This document shows positions 39,278 through 48,287 of a stretch of 64,000 nucleotides of DNA, in pieces. Each line of letters begins with the position of its first letter. Positions within the stretch are counted from its first letter, which is position 1. This DNA comes from Candidatus Moraniibacteriota bacterium (lineage in GTDB: Bacteria; Patescibacteriota; Minisyncoccia; Moranbacterales; UBA2206): contig JAAXWW010000004.1 of NCBI GenBank assembly GCA_013334765.1, forward strand, positions 42,557 through 106,556, given 5' to 3'. The notes beneath the pieces were generated by a model that was not told where the DNA came from, did no database searches, and was given only the letters and a program-made list of their open reading frames with translations. The position numbers and the translations under genes are program-made.

Positions 39278-39418
39278 GCGGAACGATAGCATGAGCCTTT
39301 TGAAATTATTGACTGAGCGGTTTATAGAAATCTGTTTATTTTACGGTTCAGCCACAAGAAAACTTACACTCATGCATGTCGCAATAAGAATTTCAAAAGG
39401 CTCATGCTATCGTTCCGC
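39278..39418. repeat. 141-bp inverted-repeat element (30-bp perfect IRs) with conserved core ATTGACTGAG ... AACTTACAC-N9-TCGCAATAAG
   Basis: IR gcggaacgatagcatgagccttttgaaatt / its reverse complement at 39389-39418. Confidence 0.7.
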
Positions 39419-39525
39419 CATCGCTTTACTGCGGATATAAAGAGTAGTAATATATAGTAAAGCTCTCTTCTTCCCATATTCACCGCCATAAAGCATTCCT
39501 TTTTAAAATCCACTAAAAAAACAAT

Positions 39526-40548
39526 ATGAAAAAAACGAAGGAACTGGACAGGGGAAACCTGCGCCAAGTCATTCTTGATTCTCCCAAGCAGATCAAGACC
39601 GGACTGGAACTGGCAAAAGACATAGTAGTCAAAGGCAATTTCAAATCCGTAGAAGTTTCCGGAATGGGCGGCTCATCGCTTCCAGCAAACGTGCTTAGGA
39701 TATACCTCAACTCGATATACATGAAGAATCCGAAGAAGAACAAGAGCTTCGGAATCTATCAGAACCGCTTCTATTCCCTGCCGCATGAAGCATATGACGA
39801 ATGCTTGAATTTCTTCGCTTCCTATTCCGGAAACACCGAAGAGACGCTTTCATCATTTCGAGAAGGGCTGAAGCACAAGCTTCCTGCCGTCGGTTTCGCC
39901 GCCGGAGGAAAGCTGGCCGAGGCCTGCAAGAAAAACAAGATTCCTTGCGCCATGCTGCCGGACGGAATCCAGCCGAGATACGCGACCGGCTATTTCTTCT
40001 CCGCGATGGTCGGGGTCCTCATAAACGCCGGCATGATCGAGGATGTCTCAGAAGAGCTTCTGAAAATGAGCAAGAAATTGGAAAAGAGCGTTGTCGCTCT
40101 TGAAAAGGAAGGGCGCGCGATCGCCAAGAAGCTGAAAGGCAAGACTCCCGTCATATATTCATCCGCCAAATTCAAATCATTGGCGATGATCTGGAAGATA
40201 AAAATAAACGAGAATGCCAAAACCCCCGCTTTCTATAATTTCTTTCCCGAACTAAATCACAACGAAATGGTCGGTTTCACCAATCCGCAAGGCAAGTTCC
40301 ATGTCATAACCCTGATGGATAAGAAAGACCACCCACAGAACATCAAGCGGATGGAAATCACCGGGAAGCTCCTCAAGAAAAAAGGAATCGGGAACACCCT
40401 CATCGAAATGCCCGATGACAACATATTCAACACCATCTTCTCAACGCTGATTCTCGGCGATTGGGTATCATACTATCTCGCCTTGGAATACGGACAGGAC
40501 CCGACTCCGGTCGTCATGGTGGAAGAACTCAAGAAAATGCTGGCGTAG
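39526..40548 (+). CDS. bifunctional phosphoglucose/phosphomannose isomerase (SIS-domain, archaeal-type PGI/PMI)
   Basis: 340 aa, SIS motifs (VSGMGGSS ... SYSGNTEE). Confidence 0.75.
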   Translation: MKKTKELDRGNLRQVILDSPKQIKTGLELAKDIVVKGNFKSVEVSGMGGSSLPANVLRIYLNSIYMKNPKKNKSFGIYQNRFYSLPHEAYDECLNFFASYSGNTEETLSSFREGLKHKLPAVGFAAGGKLAEACKKNKIPCAMLPDGIQPRYATGYFFSAMVGVLINAGMIEDVSEELLKMSKKLEKSVVALEKEGRAIAKKLKGKTPVIYSSAKFKSLAMIWKIKINENAKTPAFYNFFPELNHNEMVGFTNPQGKFHVITLMDKKDHPQNIKRMEITGKLLKKKGIGNTLIEMPDDNIFNTIFSTLILGDWVSYYLALEYGQDPTPVVMVEELKKMLA

Positions 40549-40623
40549 CCACACGAAAAAGAAACCAATAACTTCTATAAAAATCATTAAACTTGTTGCT
40601 TTTTAAAAAGCAACCGAAAAATT

Positions 40624-42420
40624 ATGTTCGATAAACAAACGAACCCAACCGGCACGGGGATGCCGGAGCCTTCACGTCCAGTGAAGACCGAAATCCCCAA
40701 AATACAAATGCGATCAGGCAGAAGCATCGCGCAGACTCCTCACGGATATGCAAAAAACAACCTGCGCATAATCCCGCTCGGAGGACTCGAAGAAATCGGC
40801 CGCAACATGACCGTTTTCGAGTTCGGTTCTGATATCATCATCGTCGACATGGGACTTCAATTCCCCGACGAAGACATGCCTGGAATCGATTATCTCATTC
40901 CTGACATAAGCTATCTGAAAGGCAAGGAAAGGAACATCCGCGGAGTGCTCATCACTCACGGTCACTACGACCATATCGGCGCCATTCCGCATCTCATGGA
41001 AGCCTTGGGAAATCCTCCGATATACATGACGGAACTCACCCGAGGCATCGTCATGAAGCGCCAGGAAGACTACAAGGACAAGGCGCCTCTCAATATCCAC
41101 ACTGTCAGGAAAATAGATCGGCTGAAGCTCGGCGCGTTCAACATCGAATTCTTCCATGTGAACCACACTATTCCTGACGCGGTAGGACTTGCCATAACGA
41201 CTCCGGTCGGAACGATCATCCACACGGGAGATTTCAAATTCGACCATTCCCCCATTTCGGACGCTCCAGCCGATATCGCCAAGATCGCAAGGCTCGGAAG
41301 CGAGAACGTCCTGGCTCTCATGTCGGATTCGACCGATTCGAGGACTCCGGGATATTCCCTGTCCGAATCCAGGATCGCGAAAACCTTGGATGAGATTTTC
41401 GAACAGACCCAAGGACGGCTCATCATCGCCACCTTCTCCGCCCTCATCAGCCGTATCCAGTCGGTCATCGCGGCGGCTGAAAGGCATGGACGCAAAGTGG
41501 CCGTCGACGGATATTCCATGCGGACCAACGTCGAGATCGCCAAGAACCTCGGCTATCTTAAAACCAAGAAAGGAACCCTCATTCCGATCAACAAAGTCAA
41601 TGAATACCCGGATGGTAAAGTCGCTATCATCTGCACCGGAGCGCAAGGCGAATCGAACGCCGTGCTCATGCGCATCGTGAACGGCGAGCACCGTTTCGTG
41701 AAAGTCCACAAGGATGACACCTTCGTCCTCTCGTCCTCGGTCATCCCAGGAAACGAAAGGACAGTGCAGGCTATCATGGACACGATCTATCGGAAAGACG
41801 CCAAAGTCATCAACTACAAGATGATGGACGTCCATGCCGGAGGCCATGCCAGGCAGGAAGACCTCAAGATGATGATCAACCTCGTTCGCCCGAAATATCT
41901 CATTCCGATCCATGGAAACTATTTCATGTTGAAGCTCCACGGCGAATTGGGAGTTTCTGTCGGATTGGATCCGAAAAACATCCTCATTGGAGAGAACGGG
42001 AAAGTGATCGAATTCGATTATCGCCAGAACGGCAAAGTCACCAGCGAAAAAGTTCCGACCAGCCAAGTGATGGTGGACGGGCTCGGTGTCGGAGACATCG
42101 GACAAGTGGTTCTCCGCGATCGCCAGCTTCTGGCTAAAGACGGAATGTTCGTCATCACGACTATCGTCGACGGAAAGACCAACAAGATCATCGGCAAGCC
42201 GCAGATCACTTCAAGAGGATTCATCTTCGTCAAAGAGAACTTCGATTTGGTGAATGCCACCAAGAAGAAGGTCGAGGAAATCATCGCCCAGAAAACCACT
42301 CCGGGAGAAGCAGCCAACTGGGATTATGTGAAGAACAACATCCGCGAAGCCATCGGCTCGTTCCTCTATGCTAAAACCGAAAGGCGCCCGATGATCCTTC
42401 CTGTGATTATCGAAGTCTAG
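40624..42420 (+). CDS. rnj: ribonuclease J (metallo-beta-lactamase + beta-CASP); ~45-aa N-terminal extension, start uncertain
   Basis: HGHYDHIGAIP (HxHxDH), beta-CASP motifs; RIIPLGGLEEIGRNM. Confidence 0.85.
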   Translation: MFDKQTNPTGTGMPEPSRPVKTEIPKIQMRSGRSIAQTPHGYAKNNLRIIPLGGLEEIGRNMTVFEFGSDIIIVDMGLQFPDEDMPGIDYLIPDISYLKGKERNIRGVLITHGHYDHIGAIPHLMEALGNPPIYMTELTRGIVMKRQEDYKDKAPLNIHTVRKIDRLKLGAFNIEFFHVNHTIPDAVGLAITTPVGTIIHTGDFKFDHSPISDAPADIAKIARLGSENVLALMSDSTDSRTPGYSLSESRIAKTLDEIFEQTQGRLIIATFSALISRIQSVIAAAERHGRKVAVDGYSMRTNVEIAKNLGYLKTKKGTLIPINKVNEYPDGKVAIICTGAQGESNAVLMRIVNGEHRFVKVHKDDTFVLSSSVIPGNERTVQAIMDTIYRKDAKVINYKMMDVHAGGHARQEDLKMMINLVRPKYLIPIHGNYFMLKLHGELGVSVGLDPKNILIGENGKVIEFDYRQNGKVTSEKVPTSQVMVDGLGVGDIGQVVLRDRQLLAKDGMFVITTIVDGKTNKIIGKPQITSRGFIFVKENFDLVNATKKKVEEIIAQKTTPGEAANWDYVKNNIREAIGSFLYAKTERRPMILPVIIEV

Positions 42421-42442
42421 TTGCTATCATTGATATATCAGC

Positions 42443-42468
42443 AAAAAAACCGCGCAAGCGGTTTTTTA
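42443..42468 (+). terminator. Rho-independent terminator after rnj
   Basis: aaccgc-gcaa-gcggtt followed by TTTTTT. Confidence 0.6.
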
Positions 42469-42482
42469 ATTTTATCGAACTG

Positions 42483-42623
42483 CAGAAGGCTGAGATATCT
42501 GTTTTTGAAATTCTTATTGCGACATGCATGGGTGTAAGTTTTTCTTGCAGCTAAATTACACGAAGAGAGATTCCTGTAAAGCACTCAGTCAATAATTTCA
42601 AAAACAGATATCCCAGCCTTCTG
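42483..42623. repeat. 141-bp inverted-repeat element, same family as 39278..39418 and 23496..23626 but in inverted orientation
   Basis: 30-bp IRs (1 mismatch); core ttcttattgcgacatgcatgggtgtaagtt matches the other copies. Confidence 0.7.
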
Positions 42624-42694
42624 CCTCAAGCCAAAAATTGCCTAAAAACGGCTTTCGGGATAGAATGAAAATACTTTAAAGCTAGAAAAATACC

Positions 42695-43801
42695 ATGAAA
42701 AAACGCATATTCTCAGGCATCCAGCCGTCAGGAAACCTCCATATCGGAAACTATCTCGGAGCCATCAAGAACTGGGTCGCCCTTCAAGACGAATACGATT
42801 CCATTTTCTGCGTGGTCGACATGCACGCCATCACCGTCCCGCAAGACCCGGAACAGCTAAGACAAAAAACGATCGAGATCGCCAAAATATATCTGGCCTC
42901 CGGAATTGACCCGAAGAAGTGTTCGATTTTCATCCAATCACAGATTAGCGAACATGCGGAACTGATGTGGATTTTAAATACAATCTCCAGGATGTCTGAT
43001 TTATTCAGAATGACCCAATTCAAGGATAAGTCAGGAGTAAAAACAGATTTAGAAACTATTGAGAACGTGCTATCTATAAGCGCTGCCTCCAATGAAAAGC
43101 AATATATAGGAACCAATAATGAAAATAAGGTTTCTGTGGATGCATACGTCAGAAACTATATTGATAAAATAAATAAGGTAGAAGTTGGACTCTTCAGTTA
43201 CCCTGTCCTCATGGCTGCCGACATAATTTTATATGGAACAGAAATAGTCCCTGTCGGCGAAGACCAGAAACAGCACGTCGAGCTGGCGCGCGATTTGGCC
43301 AAGCGATTCAATCACCGCTTCGGAGACACGTTCATCATTCCGAAATCCCACATCAAAGAAGAAGGCATGCGCATCATGGGACTCGATACTCCGGAAAAGA
43401 AGATGTCCAAATCCGCTCCGTCTGAATATAACCGCATCGACCTTCTGGATGATCCCGAAATGGCCAAGAAGAAAATCATGAAAGCCGTCACCGACAGCGG
43501 ATCTGAAATCATATATACGGACGAAAAACCAGCCATCAAGAATCTGATCGATATATATTCAGCACTTGGAAATATTTCTTCGAAAGAGATTGAGACTAAG
43601 TACAAAGGCAAAGGCTACGGCGATTTCAAAAAGGACCTCGCAGGAGTCGTTGCCGCATTCCTCACTGATTTCCAAAAGAAATACAACGCTATTTCCGATG
43701 ATGAAGTCCTCGCCATCCTCCACGAAGGAGCCGAAAAAGTCAGGCCGATTGCCAAGAAGAAGCTGGATGAAGTGAAGGGAAAAGTGGGGTTCATAATATA
43801 A
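42695..43801 (+). CDS. trpS: tryptophan--tRNA ligase, carrying a ~47-aa AT-rich insertion (nt ~43043-43184)
   Basis: HIGN and KMSKS motifs; RMTQFKD ... GLFSYPVLMAADI separated by an unusually long AT-rich segment. Confidence 0.85.
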   Translation: MKKRIFSGIQPSGNLHIGNYLGAIKNWVALQDEYDSIFCVVDMHAITVPQDPEQLRQKTIEIAKIYLASGIDPKKCSIFIQSQISEHAELMWILNTISRMSDLFRMTQFKDKSGVKTDLETIENVLSISAASNEKQYIGTNNENKVSVDAYVRNYIDKINKVEVGLFSYPVLMAADIILYGTEIVPVGEDQKQHVELARDLAKRFNHRFGDTFIIPKSHIKEEGMRIMGLDTPEKKMSKSAPSEYNRIDLLDDPEMAKKKIMKAVTDSGSEIIYTDEKPAIKNLIDIYSALGNISSKEIETKYKGKGYGDFKKDLAGVVAAFLTDFQKKYNAISDDEVLAILHEGAEKVRPIAKKKLDEVKGKVGFII

Positions 43802-43825
43802 GCAATCCGTATTTGATCATAAAAA

Positions 43826-43848
43826 AACACCGTAAAGCGGTGTTTTTT
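43826..43848 (+). terminator. Rho-independent terminator after trpS
   Basis: aacaccg-taaag-cggtgtt followed by TTTT. Confidence 0.6.
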
Positions 43849-43860
43849 AAATATGTTAGA

Positions 43861-44016
43861 GCAGCATCGCGTGTTTTTGCGCCATTGAACGAAAGCTGCA
43901 AATTACTGAAGTGAGATGATAAAAAACACAGATTGTGAAACAATCGTTTGTTTTTTGAATCGAACGTAAGATAATTTGCCTTGAGTGAAATAATGCGCAA
44001 AAACACGCGATGCTGC
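43861..44016. repeat. 156-bp element flanked by 22-bp perfect inverted repeats (gcagcatcgcgtgtttttgcgc)
   Basis: IR-L 43861-43882, IR-R 43995-44016; internal small palindrome gattgtgaaacaatc. Confidence 0.6.
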
Positions 44017-44036
44017 GAAATGAAAATGAGCAGAAA

Positions 44037-45374
44037 TTATCCCCTGATCACCCCCAGTACTTCGTCCCGCTTCTCTTCCATCATCTCTTTCGTATTCGCT
44101 TCCAGATTGAGACGCAGTTTTGGTTCGGTGTTCGAGGCTCTCACGTTGAACCACCATTCCGGAAAATCGATGCGAATCCCGTCACGCTCGTCCAGCTTTC
44201 CGTCTTTATATATTTCCTTGAGCTTCGCCATGACAGCATCCTTGTCAGCCACATCGGAATTGATTTCGCCGCTATGGAAATATCTTTTGAGTTCTGCAGT
44301 GAGTTCCGACATCTTCTTTCCCGTCTCGTTCATGAGATTGAGGAGCATCATCGCAGCCAGCGTCGCCATCTCGGCTTTCGAGTTCTCTTCGAAGAAATAG
44401 TGTCCTGAAAGTTCTCCAGCAAAAACCGCTCCGACTTCCCTCATCTGCTTTTTGATGAGCGAATGGCCGACCCGCGACCTTTCAACTGACCCGCCCGCTT
44501 CTTCAATCACTTCTTTGACTGCATTCGATGACCTGAGATCCATCAGGATTTTCCCGCCCGGATATTTCTTAAGCACTTCTTTGGCCAGCAGCGCGATCAT
44601 GAAATCCATCGGGACGATATCGCCCTTCTCATCCACGAATCCCACCCTGTCGGCATCGCCGTCATATGCGATTCCGAGATCGGCGCCGTTCGCGATCACT
44701 TCGGCCTGAAGAGCTCCGAGCGTTTCGGTCTTCAATGGATTGGCTTCATGATTGGGGAAGTTCCCGTCGAGCTCATCGAAAAGGCTGACTGCCTCAATAT
44801 CATTTTGAAATCTCGAATAGACATCCTTGTCCGCAATCCCCATTCCATTGGCGAAATCGATGACTATTTTCTTCTTGCTGACTCCCGGCTTGAAAAATCC
44901 GGCGACATAGTCGACATAGTCTTCCTTGAGCGTTTCGTTCTCCTCGACTTCTCCTCTCCTCACCGCTTCCGGAAATCCTCCCGCGACTGCCATATCCCTG
45001 ATCTCTTCCATACCGTTCCCCTCTCCGATCGGAACCGCGCCCTTCAAGCAGAACTTCATCCCGTTATACTCCGCCGGATTATGGCTGGCCGTCACCATGA
45101 CCGCCGCATCGACATCCAGGTTCCAGGAAGCGAAATATACCATCGGGGTCGACACAATCCCAATATCGACTACATCGGCGCCCTGTTCGGTAATGCCGCT
45201 AAGAAGCGCGTTTTTGAGGCTTGGCGACGATTCCCGCATATCCATGCCGACTGCCACCTTTTTGGCTCCCGTATGGGCCACCAAAGCCCGCCCGATTGCA
45301 TATGCCCCATCTTCATTCAGTTCCGCCGGATATAGTCCCCGGATATCATAGGCCTTGAAAATCCCTTTTTCCAT
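44037..45374 (-). CDS. phosphomannomutase/phosphoglucomutase; start set at MEKGIFKAYDIRG (the ORF-track start is an upstream TTG)
   Basis: Active-site loop TASHNP, metal-binding DGDADR, sugar-binding GELSGH; extended -10 TGgTATAAT promoter at ~45403-45411. Confidence 0.85.
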   Translation of the reverse strand: MEKGIFKAYDIRGLYPAELNEDGAYAIGRALVAHTGAKKVAVGMDMRESSPSLKNALLSGITEQGADVVDIGIVSTPMVYFASWNLDVDAAVMVTASHNPAEYNGMKFCLKGAVPIGEGNGMEEIRDMAVAGGFPEAVRRGEVEENETLKEDYVDYVAGFFKPGVSKKKIVIDFANGMGIADKDVYSRFQNDIEAVSLFDELDGNFPNHEANPLKTETLGALQAEVIANGADLGIAYDGDADRVGFVDEKGDIVPMDFMIALLAKEVLKKYPGGKILMDLRSSNAVKEVIEEAGGSVERSRVGHSLIKKQMREVGAVFAGELSGHYFFEENSKAEMATLAAMMLLNLMNETGKKMSELTAELKRYFHSGEINSDVADKDAVMAKLKEIYKDGKLDERDGIRIDFPEWWFNVRASNTEPKLRLNLEANTKEMMEEKRDEVLGVIRG

Positions 45375-45421
45375 ATTTTTTTCGTTAAGTCTTTTATATC
45401 CCAATTATACCACGCGGAAAA

Positions 45422-45455
45422 TAAAAAAACCGCCGACCCTGGTTAGGATCGGCGG
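45422..45455 (-). terminator. Rho-independent terminator just upstream of the pgm promoter
   Basis: Minus strand: ccgccgatcc-taaccagg-gtcggcgg followed by TTTTTTTAT. Confidence 0.55.
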
Positions 45456-45563
45456 CTAATGCCTGCGGGGGAAATAATTCCTAATAGCTTCCTGCCTCGC
45501 TTCAAGTCAGCCTAATGCACTATTCGCATGAATGATCGCAATATGAAGCAGTATTTACCAGGG

Positions 45564-45881
45564 TTATTTTATAAGCCTCAGATGGCCCCATTTTTTATCC
45601 ATGGCGGGGACTTCCGTATTATCCCCCAGTTTTAAGACGGTGCTTTCGCCATGTTCATCTGTCAGCACTAATCTTCCTCCCTTTCTTTCCGTTCTATCTA
45701 ATATTAGTCCAAGCCTGATAAAGGTCCGCAAAAGGGCAACAACTTCAACACCTCTCCTGACTGAAATCTTCTCCAGCTCAGCCAATAATATAGGTGGGAT
45801 AGTCATAAAGCATCCAGTTACGAACGATTTGGCTAGTACATTATTCAAAAAACTTATGCACTTGCGCAACACGCTTATCAT
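45564..45881 (-). CDS. hypothetical small protein with a ribbon-helix-helix-like segment (TIPPILLAELEKISVRRGVEVVALLRTF)
   Basis: 105-aa ORF inside the ~580-bp segment bounded by the two diverged copies of the pgm 5' region. Confidence 0.4.
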   Translation of the reverse strand: MISVLRKCISFLNNVLAKSFVTGCFMTIPPILLAELEKISVRRGVEVVALLRTFIRLGLILDRTERKGGRLVLTDEHGESTVLKLGDNTEVPAMDKKWGHLRLIK

Positions 45882-45997
45882 GGCAGTCCTCCATTTTATC
45901 GTATTCCGATGTCAAATAACATTCCGTTTATAATACACGACCAGGAAAAATTGGCAATATCCCGTTATAAGCACTCGAGTAGATTAGCAAACTTGAT

Positions 45998-46100
45998 TCA
46001 GTTCCGCCTAGTATAGCCACCGGATGTCATAAGCTTTGAAAATACCTTTTTCGTATGTTTTTCGTTAAGTATTTTATGTTCCCGTTATGCCATGACGAGG
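45998..46100 (-). pseudogene. decayed duplicate (~80% identity) of the pgm promoter and first ~20 codons
   Basis: Aligns with 45320-45420 on the same strand; the copy carries ATG->ACG and an in-frame TAG. Confidence 0.6.
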
Positions 46101-46176
46101 ATTATTTTTCATTGACAATCAGCCGAATAGCCGTCAGAATATCCTTACGCTTTAAGAAATCAACTACCATATCATT

Positions 46177-47241
46177 ATGTCCCTGAAAATCGGCATCGTC
46201 GGGCTTCCGAACGTCGGGAAATCGACTCTTTTCAAAGCCCTCACCAGATCCCAAGTCGACATCAACAACTATCCCTTCTGCACGATCGAGCCTAATGTCG
46301 GGATCGTCAAAGTGCCGGATGTTAGGTTGGAAAAGCTGGCCGTCGCATCGGCTTCCAAAAAAATCGTTCCGGCCGTGGTCGAATTCGTCGACATCGCCGG
46401 ACTCGTGGAAGGAGCATCCAAAGGAGAAGGCCTGGGAAACAAATTCCTGGCCAACATCCGGGAAGTGGATGCTATCTTGGAAGTGGTGCGCGTCTTCGAC
46501 AATTCCCAAATCATCCATGTCATGAGCAAGATAGATCCGGAACACGACATGGAAATAATCAACACCGAGCTTATCTTGGCGGATTTGGAAACGGTCAACA
46601 AAGTGGAAATAAGGATCGACAAGGAAGTGCGCGGAAGAAAGAAAGATGCGGAAGAGAAATTGAAAATAGTCCGGGAAATAAAGAAGATGCTTGAAGATGG
46701 AGACCTTGCCAACAAATTCCTGACGAGCAATCCGAAAGAAGCATGGAGCGAGGCTACAAAGGAAATCATCCAGGAGCTTTCCCTTCTGACCATCAAGCCG
46801 TTCCTCTATGCGTTCAATGTCGCCGATCCGGAGCAGGAGCTTGCTGAAAATCTGGAAAAACTGAACCACGTGAAACTGGACATAAAAATCGAAGAAGAGC
46901 TTTCGGAAATGTCTCCTGAAGAAGCTCTCGAATTCGGACTGAAATCCAATATCGACTCGCTCACTATAAAAGCCTATGAGATCCTGGGACTGATCACTTT
47001 CCTGACAACCGGACCGGATGAAAGCCGCGCCTGGACTATAAAGAGGGGTTCCACCGCGCCGCAGGCCGGAGCCGCCATCCACGGCGACTTCGAAGAGAAA
47101 TTCATCCGGGCGGAAGTCGTCAATTGGGAAGAGCTGCTTGCCGCCGGATCCTGGTCAAAAGCCAGGGATATCGGAAAGCTCCGGCTGGAAGGAAAAGAAT
47201 ACATAGTCAAAGACGGCGACGTCATCGAGTTCAAGATATAA
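46177..47241 (+). CDS. ychF: redox-regulated ATPase YchF (Obg-family GTPase with TGS domain)
   Basis: G1 GLPNVGKST, G3 DIAGL, NxxD; C-terminal TGS. Confidence 0.9.
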   Translation: MSLKIGIVGLPNVGKSTLFKALTRSQVDINNYPFCTIEPNVGIVKVPDVRLEKLAVASASKKIVPAVVEFVDIAGLVEGASKGEGLGNKFLANIREVDAILEVVRVFDNSQIIHVMSKIDPEHDMEIINTELILADLETVNKVEIRIDKEVRGRKKDAEEKLKIVREIKKMLEDGDLANKFLTSNPKEAWSEATKEIIQELSLLTIKPFLYAFNVADPEQELAENLEKLNHVKLDIKIEEELSEMSPEEALEFGLKSNIDSLTIKAYEILGLITFLTTGPDESRAWTIKRGSTAPQAGAAIHGDFEEKFIRAEVVNWEELLAAGSWSKARDIGKLRLEGKEYIVKDGDVIEFKI

Positions 47242-47261
47242 ATAATCACCCATAACGATCT

Positions 47262-48056
47262 ATGACGATTTTTCAAGCAATCATCCTGGGCATCGTCCAG
47301 GGCCTTGGGGAATTCCTCCCCATCTCATCCTCAGCTCATCTGATCATCGTCCCCTGGATGTTCGGTTTCCCCGATCCAGGATTGGCTTTCGATGTCGCTC
47401 TCCACGCTGGAACGCTTATCGCAGTGATTATTTTTTTCGCTAAAGATTGGATAAGCATAATAGCCTCAGCTTTCGGAATGAAAGTCTCACAAGGAACAGC
47501 CTACTCGAAAAACATCTTATGGCTCCTTGTCGCAGCCACGATTCCTGGAGCTATTTTCGGAGCGCTCCTTGAAAGCAAAGCGGAAACCGTTTTCAGAAGC
47601 CCGCTCCTGATTGCTGCGACTCTCGCCATAATGGGATCGATATTGTATGCCCTTGATATCAAAGGAGGAAAACACAAGGCAATCAAAGAAGCATCGCTAA
47701 AAGATGCTCTTCTTATAGGTCTAGCGCAAGCATTCGCTATCATACCAGGGGTTTCAAGATCAGGATCGACCATAAGCGCGGGACTCGCTCTCGGATTCGA
47801 TCGGAAAAGCGCCGCGAGGTTTTCTTTCCTGCTTTCCGCCCCGATAATCTTCGGAGCAACGATATTGAAAGCCAAATATTTCTTCTCTCCGGAATTCGGA
47901 TCCATTGAGGTGGCCGGCATCATCGCCGCTGCCATAAGCGGGTTCATCGCCATTTCATGGCTCTTGAAATTCCTTGAAAAAGCCAGCTACAAAGCCTTCT
48001 TCTGGTATCGTTTGGCTTTAGCCGCAGCCATTGTCATCGTATTTTTCCTGAAATAG
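47262..48056 (+). CDS. uppP: undecaprenyl-diphosphate phosphatase (UppP/BacA)
   Basis: 264 aa, 8 TM, GxxQGLGEFLPISSSAH and PGVSRSG motifs. Confidence 0.9.
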   Translation: MTIFQAIILGIVQGLGEFLPISSSAHLIIVPWMFGFPDPGLAFDVALHAGTLIAVIIFFAKDWISIIASAFGMKVSQGTAYSKNILWLLVAATIPGAIFGALLESKAETVFRSPLLIAATLAIMGSILYALDIKGGKHKAIKEASLKDALLIGLAQAFAIIPGVSRSGSTISAGLALGFDRKSAARFSFLLSAPIIFGATILKAKYFFSPEFGSIEVAGIIAAAISGFIAISWLLKFLEKASYKAFFWYRLALAAAIVIVFFLK

Positions 48057-48287
48057 ACTGTTGCTGATAAAAATTTCCGTAGCCGCCAATCCCTTGACTT
48101 ATCCCGTATTTTCCGCTAGAATGACAACAATTCAATAGAAAGTCCCTGTTCTTCCCGCCTTTTCCTTGGAAAAGGATAGGAAGAAATAACCATCAAGCTG
48201 GACTTTCTTTGATGGTTTTATTTATTTTATTTTTATTTTATTTCCCCAAGCGTATAATCAAGTTAATCAATATAATCCAAAAACACT

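Noticed and set aside
40714-42105. 463-aa minus-strand ORF
   Set aside because: Antisense within RNase J (HxHxDH, beta-CASP motifs on the + strand).
43981-44400. 139/132-aa + strand ORFs
   Set aside because: Run through the 43861-44016 IR element and antisense into pgm; artefacts.
46102-47082. 326-aa minus-strand ORF
   Set aside because: Antisense to ychF, whose G-motifs and TGS domain are unambiguous; shadow ORF.
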